This document shows, one piece after another, positions 63,899-64,000 of a DNA stretch of 64,000 nucleotides. Made by a program: the position numbers and the translations under genes. Under the pieces are notes generated by a model. That model did not search any database. It was given only the letters and a program-made list of their open reading frames with translations, and had not been told where the DNA came from. Numbering within the stretch: the first letter of the stretch is position 1; each line of letters starts with the position of its first letter. The stretch is from a virus (Duplodnaviria; Heunggongvirae; Uroviricota; Caudoviricetes). The stretch lies in IMG/VR virus record IMGVR_UViG_3300032093_014924; one strand, given 5' to 3'.

Positions 63899-64000
63899 TA
63901 AAAATAAAACAATTATTTAATAATAACATTAGATATGTTATTATTTTTTGTTACGGTAATAACATTATTTGCCCAATCTTTTACCATATCATTATGCGTT

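Noticed and set aside
1-64000. Possible Shine-Dalgarno interpretation of the conserved upstream motif
   Set aside because: The motif has no purine-rich core, abuts the ATG with no spacer, and also precedes tRNA and tmRNA genes. A transcription signal is the better explanation.
1-64000. CRISPR array search
   Set aside because: No run of three or more regularly spaced identical repeats of 25-40 bp was seen. The only tandem direct repeat (41975-42050) has two copies and is palindromic and operator-like.

Overview
This window is very AT-rich (about a quarter to 30% G+C by eye) and extremely gene-dense. It contains roughly 110 short-to-medium ORFs, nearly all on the minus strand, with overlapping or abutting stop/start codons. 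Gene content points to a large virulent bacteriophage of jumbo/T4-like lifestyle, not a cellular genome or a eukaryotic giant virus. Supporting genes are two sigma-70-family sigma factors, T4-like RNA ligase and polynucleotide-kinase-like genes, thymidine kinase, ClpP, DnaJ, M15 and amidase_2 cell-wall hydrolases, GIY-YIG and HNH homing endonucleases, a TnpB-only IS605-family element and an ArdC-like protein.

The most striking content is a translation and RNA-repair toolkit. It includes a phage-encoded tmRNA (ssrA) next to clpP, a clear IF-3 (infC) homologue, and seven tRNA or tRNA-like genes in three clusters (Met-CAU, Arg-UCU, Leu-UAA and four unusually long Leu-like paralogs). It also includes a CCA-adding enzyme gene split by a GIY-YIG endonuclease, two KxDG ligases, a P-loop kinase and a vWA/Ro60-like protein.

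A roughly 20-nt motif (consensus TTAGTATATTTGTATTATG on the coding strand, i.e. a Bacteroidota-type TAnnTTTG -7 box) sits immediately before more than 20 start codons. The same motif precedes the tmRNA and tRNA clusters. This implies leaderless transcripts and a Bacteroidota-like host, and no Shine-Dalgarno sequences are used.

Other notable items are two tandem arrays of paralogous genes with conserved junction sequences, a 100-bp duplicated intergenic element, G+C-rich islands (morons), and a SET-domain protein, a kinase-like protein and an SPFH lipoprotein.
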